Positions 50,047 through 59,833 of a stretch of DNA of 64,000 nucleotides are shown here, piece by piece. Numbering within the stretch: the stretch's first letter is position 1; each line of letters begins with the position of its first letter. The stretch is from Bacteroidales bacterium (GTDB lineage Bacteria > Bacteroidota > Bacteroidia > Bacteroidales > VadinHA17). A program made the translations under genes and the position numbers. The notes under the pieces were generated by a model that was not told the origin of the DNA, ran no database searches, and saw only the letters and a program-made list of their open reading frames with translations. The stretch spans positions 24,277-88,276 of the forward strand of contig JBNGDI010000005.1 in assembly GCA_049975425.1 (NCBI GenBank), given 5' to 3'.

Positions 50047-53000
50047 CTAAGGCCGGGGCCGGGGCGAAGTAGCCGCCACCTGCCGGCCGTGGCAATTTTT
50101 GTATTTTTTACCGCTGCCGCAAGGACAGGGATCATTCCGGCCAATTTTCTTATCCACCCGCACGGGCTGGGTTTTCTGCGGCGGAGGCGGTGGCCCTCCC
50201 TGTGTAGACTGTCCCTCGGTGTATGAGGGAACATCGGTCTTGCTGGTTTCGAACCGGCTCATATCCAGTTTCCTGCGTGCACGGGCTTCCTGTACCTGTT
50301 TCGGATCCTGCACCGGAATATGCCCTTTCATCAGGGTGGCAACCACCTGCTTGTACATATCGTTCACCATGTTCCTGAACAATTCGAACGATTCGAGCTT
50401 GTATATGAGCAGGGGGTCTTTCTGTTCGTAGGTAGCGGTCTGCACCGATTGCCTCAGATCATCCAGTTCCCGCAGGTGTTCTGTCCAGGCATCGTCAATG
50501 CTGGCCAGGATCACCGTCTTTTCATACGATTTCACCAGTTCCTTCCCTTCCGTCTCGGCTGCTTTCTTCAGATTGGTAATCACCTGGTACACTTTCTGGC
50601 CGTCGGATATCGGCACCACTATGTTTTCATATACATGCGACTGGCGTTCATAAACATCTTTGATCACAGGATATGCCTGGCGGGCAATGTCGGCTTCCTT
50701 CCGTTTGTATGTTTCCAGGGCAAGATGGTAAATACGGTCGATGATCTCCTGCCGGTCAAGTTTCATAAACTCATCTTCTGTTATCGGAGCTCCCACGGAG
50801 AAGGAGCGGATCAGCTCGAAATTGAACTCTTCCAGGCTGCCTCCGTAATACATATCCACCAGGTTCTCAATGGTATGCGACATCATATTTGCAATATCCA
50901 CCTTCAGCCTCTCCCCGAACAGGGCATGCCTTCTTTTGGTGTATATCACCTCCCGCTGCGAGTTCATTACATCGTCGTATTCCAGCAGGCGTTTCCTGAT
51001 ACCGAAATTGTTTTCCTCCACCTTTTTCTGTGCCCGCTCAATCGACCGGCTGATCATGGGATGCTGGATCACTTCGCCCTCTTTCAGACCCATACGGTCC
51101 ATCAGGCTGGCAATCCGGTCGGAACCGAACAGCCGCATCAGGTCATCCTCCAGCGATACAAAGAACTGGGAACTTCCCGGGTCACCCTGCCGGCCGGCCC
51201 TTCCCCTCAGCTGCCTGTCAACCCTCCTCGACTCATGCCTTTCGGTTCCCACAATGGCCAGACCACCGGCTTCCCTCACCTCGGGAGTAAGTTTGATGTC
51301 TGTTCCGCGGCCGGCCATATTCGTGGCAATGGTAACCACTCCCGTTCTTCCGGCCTGTGCCACGATCTCCGCCTCTTTCTGGTGCAGCTTGGCATTCAGC
51401 ACATTGTGCCTGATGCCCTTAATCTTGAGCATACGGCTCAGCAATTCCGATATCTCCACCGAGGTGGTACCCACCAGCACGGGCCGTCCGGCCTCCACCA
51501 GGCTGACAATTTCATCGATCACCGCATTGTATTTCTCCCGCTTGGTTTTATACACCAGGTCTTCCCGGTCTTCCCTGATCACCTTTCTGTGCGTGGGAAT
51601 CACCACCACATCCAGTTTGTAGATATCCCAGAATTCCCCGGCTTCCGTCTCGGCAGTACCGGTCATTCCGGCCAGTTTGTGGTACATACGGAAATAATTC
51701 TGCAGGGTAATGGTGGCAAAGGTCTGGGTGGCCGCTTCCACCTTCACCCTTTCCTTGGCCTCGATGGCCTGGTGCAAACCGTCGGAATACCTTCTTCCTT
51801 CCAGAATACGGCCCGTTTGTTCGTCCACGATCTTCACCTTGTTGTCCATCACCACATACTCCACATCCTTTTCGAAAAGGGTATAGGCTTTCAGAAGCTG
51901 GTTCACCGTATGAACCCGTTCCGATTTCACGGCATAATCCTGCAGCAGCCTGTCTTTCTTTTCCAGCCTTTCCCGTTCGGGAAGACCTGACTTCTCGATC
52001 TCGGCAATTTCCGAACCGATATCGGGAAGAATGAAAAAATCGGCTTCTTCCGCAGAGGTGGTGACAAGGTCGATGCCCTTGTCGGTCAGTTCAATGCTGT
52101 TGTTCTTTTCATCGATCACGAAGTACAGCTCGTCGGTCACCAGGTGCATGTTCTTCGAATTCTCCTGCATGTAGTAATTCTCGGTTTTGAGCAGGAGACT
52201 TTTGTTCCCTTCCTCACTCAGGAATTTGATCAGGGCCTTGTTCTTTGGCAACCCCTTGTGGGCCCTCAGCAACATGAACCCGCCTTTTTCCGTGTTCCCC
52301 TCGGCAATCAGTTTTTTAGCTTCTGCCAGCACCTGGGTGATCAGTTTTCGCTGTGCGTTCACCAGCACCTCCACCTTGGGCTTGAGCTCTTCGAACTGCT
52401 GGTTCTCTCCTTTGGGAACCGGCCCGGAAATGATCAGGGGGGTACGGGCATCATCAATCAACACCGAATCCACCTCATCCACAATGGCATAATGATGCAT
52501 CCTCTGCACCAGATCCTCGGGGTTGCGGGCCATGTTGTCGCGCAGGTAATCAAAACCGAACTCATTGTTCGTTCCGAAAGTAACATCGGCCAGGTAAGCC
52601 TTTCTCCGCTCTTCCGAATTGGGCTGGTGCTTGTCGATACAATCCACGGAAAGGCCGTGGAATTCATAAAGAGGGCCCATCCATTCTGAATCCCTCTTGG
52701 CCAGGTAGTCGTTTACCGTCACAATATGCACTCCCCGGCCTGCCAGGGCGTTCAGAAAAACGGGAAGGGTAGCAACCAGGGTTTTCCCTTCGCCGGTAGC
52801 CATCTCGGCAATTCTTCCCTGATGAAGCACCACCCCTCCGATCAACTGTACATCATAGTGCACCATATCCCAGGTGATCCGGTTTCCGCCGGCAATCCAT
52901 GAATTCATCCATATGGCTTTATCTCCCTTGATCCTGATGCTATCGCGGGTGGCAGCCAGGTCGCGGTCAAACTGCTGAGCCGTCACTTCCAGTGTCTCGT

Positions 53001-53379
53001 TCTCATAAAACCTCCTGGCCGTATCTTTCATAATGGCAAAGGCTTCGGGAAGGACCTCGTTCAGAACCGATTCCACCTTGTCGTTGATCTCCTTCTCCAG
53101 ACGGTCGATATTTTGGTATAATGTTTCTTTTTCATCCACCGGCATCTCCGGATCTTCCACCTGCTCCTTCAACCGGTCTATTTCATCCTGCAGATCACGG
53201 ATCGACCCCCTTACATGCTCTTTTAACCGGGCTGAACGTTCCCGCAATTCGTCGTTACTGAGATGCTGCAATTTATCGTATTCTTCCCGGATCTTCTCCA
53301 CCACCGGCATAATCTCTTTAATATCCCTCTCCGATTTGTTACCCAGGAATTTCCCCAGAATTTTATTGACAATACTCAT
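50047..53379 (-). CDS. secA: preprotein translocase ATPase SecA
   Basis: [14 protein letters not shown] (Walker A), [30 protein letters not shown]-terminal zinc finger [14 protein letters not shown]. 1110 aa. Confidence 0.95.
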   Translation of the reverse strand: MSIVNKILGKFLGNKSERDIKEIMPVVEKIREEYDKLQHLSNDELRERSARLKEHVRGSIRDLQDEIDRLKEQVEDPEMPVDEKETLYQNIDRLEKEINDKVESVLNEVLPEAFAIMKDTARRFYENETLEVTAQQFDRDLAATRDSIRIKGDKAIWMNSWIAGGNRITWDMVHYDVQLIGGVVLHQGRIAEMATGEGKTLVATLPVFLNALAGRGVHIVTVNDYLAKRDSEWMGPLYEFHGLSVDCIDKHQPNSEERRKAYLADVTFGTNNEFGFDYLRDNMARNPEDLVQRMHHYAIVDEVDSVLIDDARTPLIISGPVPKGENQQFEELKPKVEVLVNAQRKLITQVLAEAKKLIAEGNTEKGGFMLLRAHKGLPKNKALIKFLSEEGNKSLLLKTENYYMQENSKNMHLVTDELYFVIDEKNNSIELTDKGIDLVTTSAEEADFFILPDIGSEIAEIEKSGLPERERLEKKDRLLQDYAVKSERVHTVNQLLKAYTLFEKDVEYVVMDNKVKIVDEQTGRILEGRRYSDGLHQAIEAKERVKVEAATQTFATITLQNYFRMYHKLAGMTGTAETEAGEFWDIYKLDVVVIPTHRKVIREDREDLVYKTKREKYNAVIDEIVSLVEAGRPVLVGTTSVEISELLSRMLKIKGIRHNVLNAKLHQKEAEIVAQAGRTGVVTIATNMAGRGTDIKLTPEVREAGGLAIVGTERHESRRVDRQLRGRAGRQGDPGSSQFFVSLEDDLMRLFGSDRIASLMDRMGLKEGEVIQHPMISRSIERAQKKVEENNFGIRKRLLEYDDVMNSQREVIYTKRRHALFGERLKVDIANMMSHTIENLVDMYYGGSLEEFNFELIRSFSVGAPITEDEFMKLDRQEIIDRIYHLALETYKRKEADIARQAYPVIKDVYERQSHVYENIVVPISDGQKVYQVITNLKKAAETEGKELVKSYEKTVILASIDDAWTEHLRELDDLRQSVQTATYEQKDPLLIYKLESFELFRNMVNDMYKQVVATLMKGHIPVQDPKQVQEARARRKLDMSRFETSKTDVPSYTEGQSTQGGPPPPPQKTQPVRVDKKIGRNDPCPCGSGKKYKNCHGRQVAATSPRPRP

Positions 53380-53562
53380 ATTTTCAATTTATCTATATAG
53401 CCCGACAGAATTTAAAATGCAAAGTTAAAGGTTTTTGAAACAAAATACAGGGAAAACAGGATTAAATTAATCAGTCTGATATTCAATGTATTACATAAAT
53501 ATATCCCGGAATTTTCCAAATCAGCGGAAAGTCTGTATTTTTAGATCAACATAATGCAATGA

Positions 53563-56500
53563 ATGATATCCCGGCCTTCCGTCATGAACAAAACCGCCTG
53601 CCTCCTTCTTCTGTGTATCTTCTTCCGGTTGCCGGCCGGCTCACAAACCTGGCTTGACAAACTTTTAGAGAAAAAATCAGCAGCCCCTCACGGGTTCTTC
53701 GAATACCGGAAGGCCTTCAATGATTACCATGAAGAAAAAGGGATAACGGGCGGACCGGGATATAAACAGTTCAGGCGCTGGGAATGGTTTATGCAGAACC
53801 GCATCGACACGGAAGGGTATTTCCATCCCGAAATGCTCTGGAAAGCCAGCCCGGCAAGGTCGTTCCACGGCATAAAGAAATCAAAGGGGGAAGCCACCTG
53901 GACCTATACCGGGCCGGCAGTGGTTCCCAGGAATCCCACCACAGGCCAGCCGATCGGTATGGGGCGCATCGATGCGATAGCCTTTCACCCATCCGATCCC
54001 GATACCTGGTGGATCGGTTCCCCAACGGGAGGAGTATGGAAAACCACCGATAACGGTCTCACCTGGACCTGCCTGACCGACCGGATCCCCCTGATCGGGA
54101 TCGGTGATATAGCGGTCCATCCTGATGACCCCGATATCATATACATAGGAACAGGCGACCGGGATGCTACCGATCTGGACGGAATAGGTATGCTGAAAAC
54201 CACCGACGGGGGTCTCAACTGGGAAACCACCGGGCTCTCCTTTGAAATGCATGAAAAAATAACCGTCAACCGGCTGCTGATCCGCCCCGGGCAACCCGAT
54301 ACCATTCTGGCCGCCACCGATCAGGGAATTTTTTTCAGCAGCAATGCCGGTACCGGCTGGACCCCGGTACTTCCCGGCATACATATCAAAGATATGGAAT
54401 TCAAGCCGGATGATCCGGATATCGTGGTGGCAGCAGGTTACGGAAGCTTTCCCCAGATCTACCGCTCAACCGACGGAGGAAAAACCTTCTTTGAATCTTC
54501 TTCAGGAATCAACAGTACCTATGCCCGGCGCATAGCACTGGCAGTTACAACCGCTAACCCAAACATGGTGTTTGCCATGGTGTCCAAAACGGACGGGGGA
54601 TTCCTGGGATTATACCGTTCCACCAGTTTCGGCAGTCAGTGGAGCCAGCTCACTTCGGGAGATGACATCAACCTGCTGTCAAATGATCCGTCGGGACGGG
54701 GTGAAGGAGGCCAGGGGTGGTATGACCTGTCTGTTGCCGTCGATCCGGAAGATCCGCAAACCGTTTATGTAGGCGGGATCAATCTGTGGAAAACGGATAA
54801 TGCAGGTTACCACTGGGAACTGCTTTCCTTTGGTTACCCCGGATGGGACCAGTCCGACGAACCCTATGTTCATGTAGACCACCATGCACTGGAATGGCAC
54901 CCGCTCACCGGTGTGCTGTATAACGGAAACGACGGTGGTATTTACCGTTCCAACGACGGCGGAGAAACCTGGGAGGACCTGAGCGACGGTCTCCATATCC
55001 TCCAGATATACCGGATTGGCTCTTCCCTCTCAGCACCCGGGCGCATCATGACAGGGAGCCAGGACAACGGCACCTTTGCCAATTTTTCCGCCGCCTGGGC
55101 GGAAATGTTCGGGGGCGACGGCATGGAATGCATTATTCATCCCCTGGACACCCTGATCCTGTATGCTTCTTTCCAGCGGGGAAACCTGATCAAATCATAT
55201 GACGGGGGCATCACCTGGTACAGCATCAAACCTGCAGAAGCACCCGAAGGCGCATGGATCACCCCGTTCGCGATGAATCCACATAAACCAGATGTACTGT
55301 ATGCAGGATACAATGAGGTATACAAAACAACCGACGGAGGATCTACCTGGAAAAGGGTGTCAAATTTCCTTCCGGCCGAGGAAAAGATCTATTCACTGAC
55401 CCTGTGCCCCGCTCACCCTGAAGTGGTGTATGCAGCCAACAGGACCGATGTATGGAGAACGGAAAACGGAGGAGAATCATGGAAACTGATCAATAATAAC
55501 CTTCCGCAACAATTGTCCAAACCGATTACCTATATTACGGTTTCACAGGAAGACCACAACACGGCATGGATCACCCTGGGAGGGTATGATTACCCCTTTA
55601 ACGTAAACAGGGTGTATATGACCAGGGATGGAGGGGAAAACTGGTTCAGCTATTCGGAAAACCTTCCCGATGTACCCGTTAACTGCGTGGTCTACGAAAA
55701 ACATTCCAACGATGCTGTCTATGTGGGAACCGATATCGGGGTGTTTTACCGGAATGCATCGATGGACGAATGGATTCCCTTTAATGAGGGTTTACCCAAT
55801 GTGATCGTCAACGAAATGGAGATTGATTATGCCCGGGGCAAAATCCTGGCCGGCACTTACGGAAGGGGATTATGGGAATCGGATCTTTACCACGACAACA
55901 GCGGCTCCCTGTACGCGGCCTTTGCTGTCGACCGGATTTCTTCCTGTGCTGAAAGTCCGATGCATTTCACCAGCCAGTCGAGCGTGGATATCGACAGCCT
56001 GCGATGGGATTTCGGTCAGGATGCATCACCACCCACCTCTACCCAGGGAGAAGTGAATGTAACATACTCCACGGCAGGAATAAGAACCATCAGTCTGACT
56101 GTATACCGTAACGGGGAACAGGCTACGGAAACCCGGTCCGGCTTTGTGAAGACAGTAACCGATATTACGGTGCATGTACTTCCTGAAGAAGGGATTATCC
56201 CGCTGGGGACAGGGATCACCCTTGAGGCGAGCGGAGCCGATCAGTATGTATGGACCCCAACCGGAGGGCTGGACAATCCGGAAAAACCCGTGGTTTATGC
56301 TTCGCCCGGAACAGAAACCCTGTACACCGTAACGGGAACCCAGGGGATGTGCGAGGACCAGGCCACCGTCAGGATCATTGTTTACCCAAACGACAGTGTA
56401 TGCAACGCCATACCACTGGAATGGGGTGAAAACGGTCCCTTCTATAACCACCGTGCCACCGTGGAGGAAAACGAACCTTTCCCCGATACTGACGGCGCCA

Positions 56501-57123
56501 ATGCCTGTACCTCCCCCCTGAAATGGTGCAGTGAAGGAGGGCTGCAACATTCCGTGTGGTTCCTGTTTGAAGCTCCCGAAGGTGGAACCGTTTCCATCGA
56601 CTCAAGGGGATTCGACAACCAGGTTGCCGTGTATGATGCCGAAAGCTGTGAAGATATTCTCACTGCCCGGGGCACCCTCATCGCAGCATTTGACGATTAT
56701 TACGGGGAAAACCAATTTTATGCGGCAGCTATTGAGAAGATTGAGGGTCTGGTACCTGGCAAAACCTATTATGTTCAGGTTGACGGCAGCGCAGGGGGTG
56801 TAGAGGGGATATTCTACCTGAGCCTTTATGATTCGCCGCTGGATATTTACGATATACCGGGAAAAGAAAACAAGGGCCGTATCATTCTTTACCCCAACCC
56901 TGCCAGGGGTTCGTTCACCCTGCAATGGAACGGCCTGCCTGAAGCAGACTATCTTACGGTAAGTGTGTATACACTGAGCGGAAAGCAGGTATATCTGTGT
57001 AAATTTCCGCATGCACGGGAAAAAGGTACGTACCCTGTCAGCACCTCCCTCCCGGCAGGGATGTATCTGCTAAAGGTAGAAAACCAACATATTTCGGCTC
57101 ATCTGAAGCTGATTCTGGAATGA
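53563..57123 (+). CDS. secreted BNR/Asp-box (sortilin/VPS10-like) beta-propeller protein with a PKD domain and a T9SS type-A sorting domain
   Basis: At least 10 Asp-box repeats (KTTDNGLTW, KTTDGGLNW, RSTDGGKTF, RSNDGGETW, KTTDGGSTW, RTENGGESW, TRDGGENW). PKD-like segment (LRWDFGQDASP...VTYSTAGIRTISLTV). C-terminus ILYPNPARGSFTL...VYTLSGKQVY...LPAGMYLLKV. A signal-peptide ATG is also possible at 53584. Confidence 0.75.
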   Translation: MISRPSVMNKTACLLLLCIFFRLPAGSQTWLDKLLEKKSAAPHGFFEYRKAFNDYHEEKGITGGPGYKQFRRWEWFMQNRIDTEGYFHPEMLWKASPARSFHGIKKSKGEATWTYTGPAVVPRNPTTGQPIGMGRIDAIAFHPSDPDTWWIGSPTGGVWKTTDNGLTWTCLTDRIPLIGIGDIAVHPDDPDIIYIGTGDRDATDLDGIGMLKTTDGGLNWETTGLSFEMHEKITVNRLLIRPGQPDTILAATDQGIFFSSNAGTGWTPVLPGIHIKDMEFKPDDPDIVVAAGYGSFPQIYRSTDGGKTFFESSSGINSTYARRIALAVTTANPNMVFAMVSKTDGGFLGLYRSTSFGSQWSQLTSGDDINLLSNDPSGRGEGGQGWYDLSVAVDPEDPQTVYVGGINLWKTDNAGYHWELLSFGYPGWDQSDEPYVHVDHHALEWHPLTGVLYNGNDGGIYRSNDGGETWEDLSDGLHILQIYRIGSSLSAPGRIMTGSQDNGTFANFSAAWAEMFGGDGMECIIHPLDTLILYASFQRGNLIKSYDGGITWYSIKPAEAPEGAWITPFAMNPHKPDVLYAGYNEVYKTTDGGSTWKRVSNFLPAEEKIYSLTLCPAHPEVVYAANRTDVWRTENGGESWKLINNNLPQQLSKPITYITVSQEDHNTAWITLGGYDYPFNVNRVYMTRDGGENWFSYSENLPDVPVNCVVYEKHSNDAVYVGTDIGVFYRNASMDEWIPFNEGLPNVIVNEMEIDYARGKILAGTYGRGLWESDLYHDNSGSLYAAFAVDRISSCAESPMHFTSQSSVDIDSLRWDFGQDASPPTSTQGEVNVTYSTAGIRTISLTVYRNGEQATETRSGFVKTVTDITVHVLPEEGIIPLGTGITLEASGADQYVWTPTGGLDNPEKPVVYASPGTETLYTVTGTQGMCEDQATVRIIVYPNDSVCNAIPLEWGENGPFYNHRATVEENEPFPDTDGANACTSPLKWCSEGGLQHSVWFLFEAPEGGTVSIDSRGFDNQVAVYDAESCEDILTARGTLIAAFDDYYGENQFYAAAIEKIEGLVPGKTYYVQVDGSAGGVEGIFYLSLYDSPLDIYDIPGKENKGRIILYPNPARGSFTLQWNGLPEADYLTVSVYTLSGKQVYLCKFPHAREKGTYPVSTSLPAGMYLLKVENQHISAHLKLILE

Positions 57124-57138
57124 TTCCCCAGGTAGGAC

Positions 57139-57182
57139 CTACGTTAGGTACTACGTAGTATGCTACGTTGCATACTACGTAG
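57139..57182. repeat. 4 x 12-bp tandem array of CTACGTAG-type palindromes (array B, degenerate copy of array A)
   Basis: Read directly: CTACGTTA GGTA CTACGTAG TATG CTACGTTG CATA CTACGTAG. Same period, copy number and orientation as 19748-19791. It begins 16 bp after the stop at 57123. Confidence 0.9.
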
Positions 57183-57467
57183 TTATGTTTATATATAAAT
57201 CATACCATTCCATAGTATAGAGTCTTTGAGCGCTTCAGGGATTCTTCGCGGGCTCTGCTTTGAGTGATGCCTGGCCGGCAGGCAGGAGAAACCCTGACGA
57301 CGGCTGCGCCATATCAGGGTTCAATTCGATCTGATCCATCCGCTGCGCTCCGCTCCCGGATGGATAGTCTCATTGAACACATAACACAACTGCCTGACCT
57401 TTAGCTTTCATTCTTCATCCTTTTGCCTTTAACCTTTAGTATTCCGGCTCACCGGCTCACTCATACC

Positions 57468-57971
57468 TCAAGCCTCCGACTCAGCTTCGCCCCGCATGCC
57501 GAAAATATCCCGGTCGAACATATACATATTCTTGTCCCCCACCAGGTTCAGTTTATCAAGGATATCCATTACAGACGATTCTTCCTCAATCTGCTCGGTC
57601 ACGAACCACTGCACCCAGTTATGGGTAGTATAATCCTTTTCCTCCAGGCAACGTTCCACAATCTCATTGATCGACCCGGTAATAAACTGTTCGTGCTTGA
57701 GCACTTCGGCGAAAAGCTTCTGCACCGACTCATACTCTTCCGGAGGCTTTTTGAAAGCAGGAATCACTGCCCTTCCACCCCTTTCATTGATGTAGGCAAT
57801 GAACTTCAGCATGTGCATTTTCTCTTCATCGGCCTGGGCATACAGCCAGCGGGCAATTCCAGGATAGCCTCGTGTTTCTGCCCATGAGGCCATGGCAAGA
57901 TACAGAAGGGAGGAATAGCCTTCCCTTTCCACCTGCCTGTTGCAGATTTCTTCAATTTTCTGTGACAGCAT
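57468..57971 (-). CDS. ftnA: ferritin (non-heme)
   Basis: MLSQKIEEICNRQVEREGYSSLLYLAMASWA and EEKMHMLKFIAYINERGG (ferroxidase-centre Glu/His pattern). 167 aa. Confidence 0.9.
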   Translation of the reverse strand: MLSQKIEEICNRQVEREGYSSLLYLAMASWAETRGYPGIARWLYAQADEEKMHMLKFIAYINERGGRAVIPAFKKPPEEYESVQKLFAEVLKHEQFITGSINEIVERCLEEKDYTTHNWVQWFVTEQIEEESSVMDILDKLNLVGDKNMYMFDRDIFGMRGEAESEA

Positions 57972-58038
57972 AATCGTTTCCTTTAAGATGAACCAAAATA
58001 AATACCATGCTTCATAACAAAGGAAACGGCATTTATGT

Positions 58039-59301
58039 TCACATATTCCCGATGATTTCCGTTGCGAATTCGGAAGTTTTCAGCAGGGTGGCTCCCTGCA
58101 TCAGGCGTTCGAAATCATAGGTCACCTTTCCGGAAACGATGGTACGCGAAAGGGCGGCAACAATGGTTCGGGCCGCTTCGTCCCATCCCATGTATTCCAG
58201 CATCATAACGCCGGAAAGGATCAATGAGCCGGGATTGACCTTGTCAAGGCCGGCGTATTTGGGAGCTGTTCCATGGGTGGCTTCAAAAACGGCATGGCCG
58301 GTTTCATAATTGATATTGGCGCCCGGGGCAATCCCGATCCCGCCCACCATAGCAGCCAGCGCATCGGAAATATAATCTCCATTCAGGTTGAGAGTTGCAA
58401 TTACCGAATATTCATCGGGACGGGTAAGTATCTGTTGCAAAAAGGCATCGGCTATTACATCCTTGACAATTACCCTGCCCTGCAGCACGGCCTCCCTCTG
58501 GGCCAGCAAGGCCGCTTCATCGCCCTGCTTACCCCTGATCCTGTCGTAGGCAGCCCAGGTAAAGACCCTTTCGCCGAATTCCCTTTCGGCCAGTTCGTAG
58601 CCCCAGGTCTTGAAAGCTCCCTCAGTAAATTTCATGATGTTTCCCTTATGCACCAGGGTTACCGATGGCTTGCTGTGATCAATGGCATACTGCAGGGCGG
58701 CCCTTACCAGCCGTTCGGTTCCCTCCCGTGAAACGGGCTTGATCCCGATGGAGGAAGTTTCCGGAAAACGGATCTTCTTCACCCCCATTTCCCCGGACAG
58801 GAACCGGATAACTTTTTTCACTTCAGGAGTTTCCGCCATCCATTCTATCCCGGCATAGATGTCTTCTGAATTCTCCCTGAAGATGATCATATTGGTCTTT
58901 TCGGGCTGTTTCACGGGGGATGGAACGCCCTGGTAATACCGTACTGGACGGAGGCAGGTATACAGGTCCAGTTCCTGCCTCAGGGCCACGTTCAGCGAAC
59001 GGATCCCCCCGCCCACAGGAGTGGTAAGAGGACCTTTGACAGCCACCCGATACCGCCGGATGGTATCGAGGGTTTCCCCGGGCAGCCACTGTCCGGTTTC
59101 CCGGTATGCTTTTTCGCCGGCCATAATTTCTTTCCAGAGGATTTTTCTCTTTTTACCGTAAGCTTTTTCCACGGCGGCATCAAAAACACGCACCGAAGCA
59201 GCCCATATATCCGGGCCCGTGCCATCGCCTTCAATAAAGGGTATCACCACCCGGTCGGGAACCACAAGCTTACCCTCTTTCAGTTGTATGGTATCGCCCA
59301 T
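58039..59301 (-). CDS. icd: NADP-dependent isocitrate dehydrogenase
   Basis: [65 protein letters not shown] 59301; the track start 59307 is TTG. Confidence 0.95.
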   Translation of the reverse strand: MGDTIQLKEGKLVVPDRVVIPFIEGDGTGPDIWAASVRVFDAAVEKAYGKKRKILWKEIMAGEKAYRETGQWLPGETLDTIRRYRVAVKGPLTTPVGGGIRSLNVALRQELDLYTCLRPVRYYQGVPSPVKQPEKTNMIIFRENSEDIYAGIEWMAETPEVKKVIRFLSGEMGVKKIRFPETSSIGIKPVSREGTERLVRAALQYAIDHSKPSVTLVHKGNIMKFTEGAFKTWGYELAEREFGERVFTWAAYDRIRGKQGDEAALLAQREAVLQGRVIVKDVIADAFLQQILTRPDEYSVIATLNLNGDYISDALAAMVGGIGIAPGANINYETGHAVFEATHGTAPKYAGLDKVNPGSLILSGVMMLEYMGWDEAARTIVAALSRTIVSGKVTYDFERLMQGATLLKTSEFATEIIGNM

Positions 59302-59321
59302 AAACAAAAAGAAATGACAGG

Positions 59322-59699
59322 TTAAGATGATTCAGCCAGCGCTTCATGCACCTGCTCGAGAAAATCTTCGTTGGTAAAGGGCTTGGCCATCACACGTGAC
59401 GCGCCCAGCGTATGGGCGGCATTCAGGTAATCGGCCGGACCGATCCTCCCCCCGCCTGAAATGGCAATCATGGACGTTCCCGGGTAATCGGAACAGATTT
59501 TCATAATAGTTTCGATACCGTCCATATCGGGCATAATGATATCGGTAACCACCAGGTGGATCTCTTCTGTTTGCATGATCGACATTCCTTCTGCACCGTT
59601 CTTTGCATCGAATACACGGTAATGGTTTGTTTCCAGCAACTTTTTCAGCATCAGACGGAAATCGGTATCATCATCAATCAACAGTATCGCTTTGCTCAT
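59322..59699 (-). CDS. stand-alone CheY-like response-regulator receiver
   Basis: [16 protein letters not shown]...[12 protein letters not shown]...AKPF; about 125 aa with no output domain. Start at ATG 59699. Confidence 0.85.
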   Translation of the reverse strand: MSKAILLIDDDTDFRLMLKKLLETNHYRVFDAKNGAEGMSIMQTEEIHLVVTDIIMPDMDGIETIMKICSDYPGTSMIAISGGGRIGPADYLNAAHTLGASRVMAKPFTNEDFLEQVHEALAESS

Positions 59700-59833
59700 A
59701 GCCCCTTTTATGAAATTTATAAACGTTTCTACGGATAAAAGGTTCGATTGGTTATCCTGAAAGAAACCGACCAGAATATTCAGAAAGGCAAGATACACTT
59801 TTTTCGATAGAAAAGGGAGAATCAGGCGAGAGG

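Noticed and set aside
50320-51990. 556-aa plus-strand ORF. The same applies to 24075..25424 and 42046..43254, and to many smaller track entries.
   Set aside because: It is antisense to secA; the other two are antisense to the GH127 gene and araA. In each case the sense gene is unambiguous, and the long open antisense frames are a codon-bias artefact.
19748-57182. The two same-orientation repeat arrays plus the adjacent xerD as att-like borders of a 37-kb genomic island
   Set aside because: The interval contains core housekeeping genes (secA, ppdK, rlmN) and no integrase, transposase, conjugation or phage genes. xerD is paired divergently with aroQ, as expected for the chromosomal recombinase. 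I also considered the arrays as a dif site. The 8-bp palindrome / 12-bp period architecture does not resemble the two-arm 28-bp dif layout.
57314-57330. tRNA-like T-loop sequence GGGTTCAATTC
   Set aside because: The flanking bases do not form a T-stem, and no acceptor, D or anticodon arms can be drawn. It is not a tRNA or a tRNA fragment that I can support.
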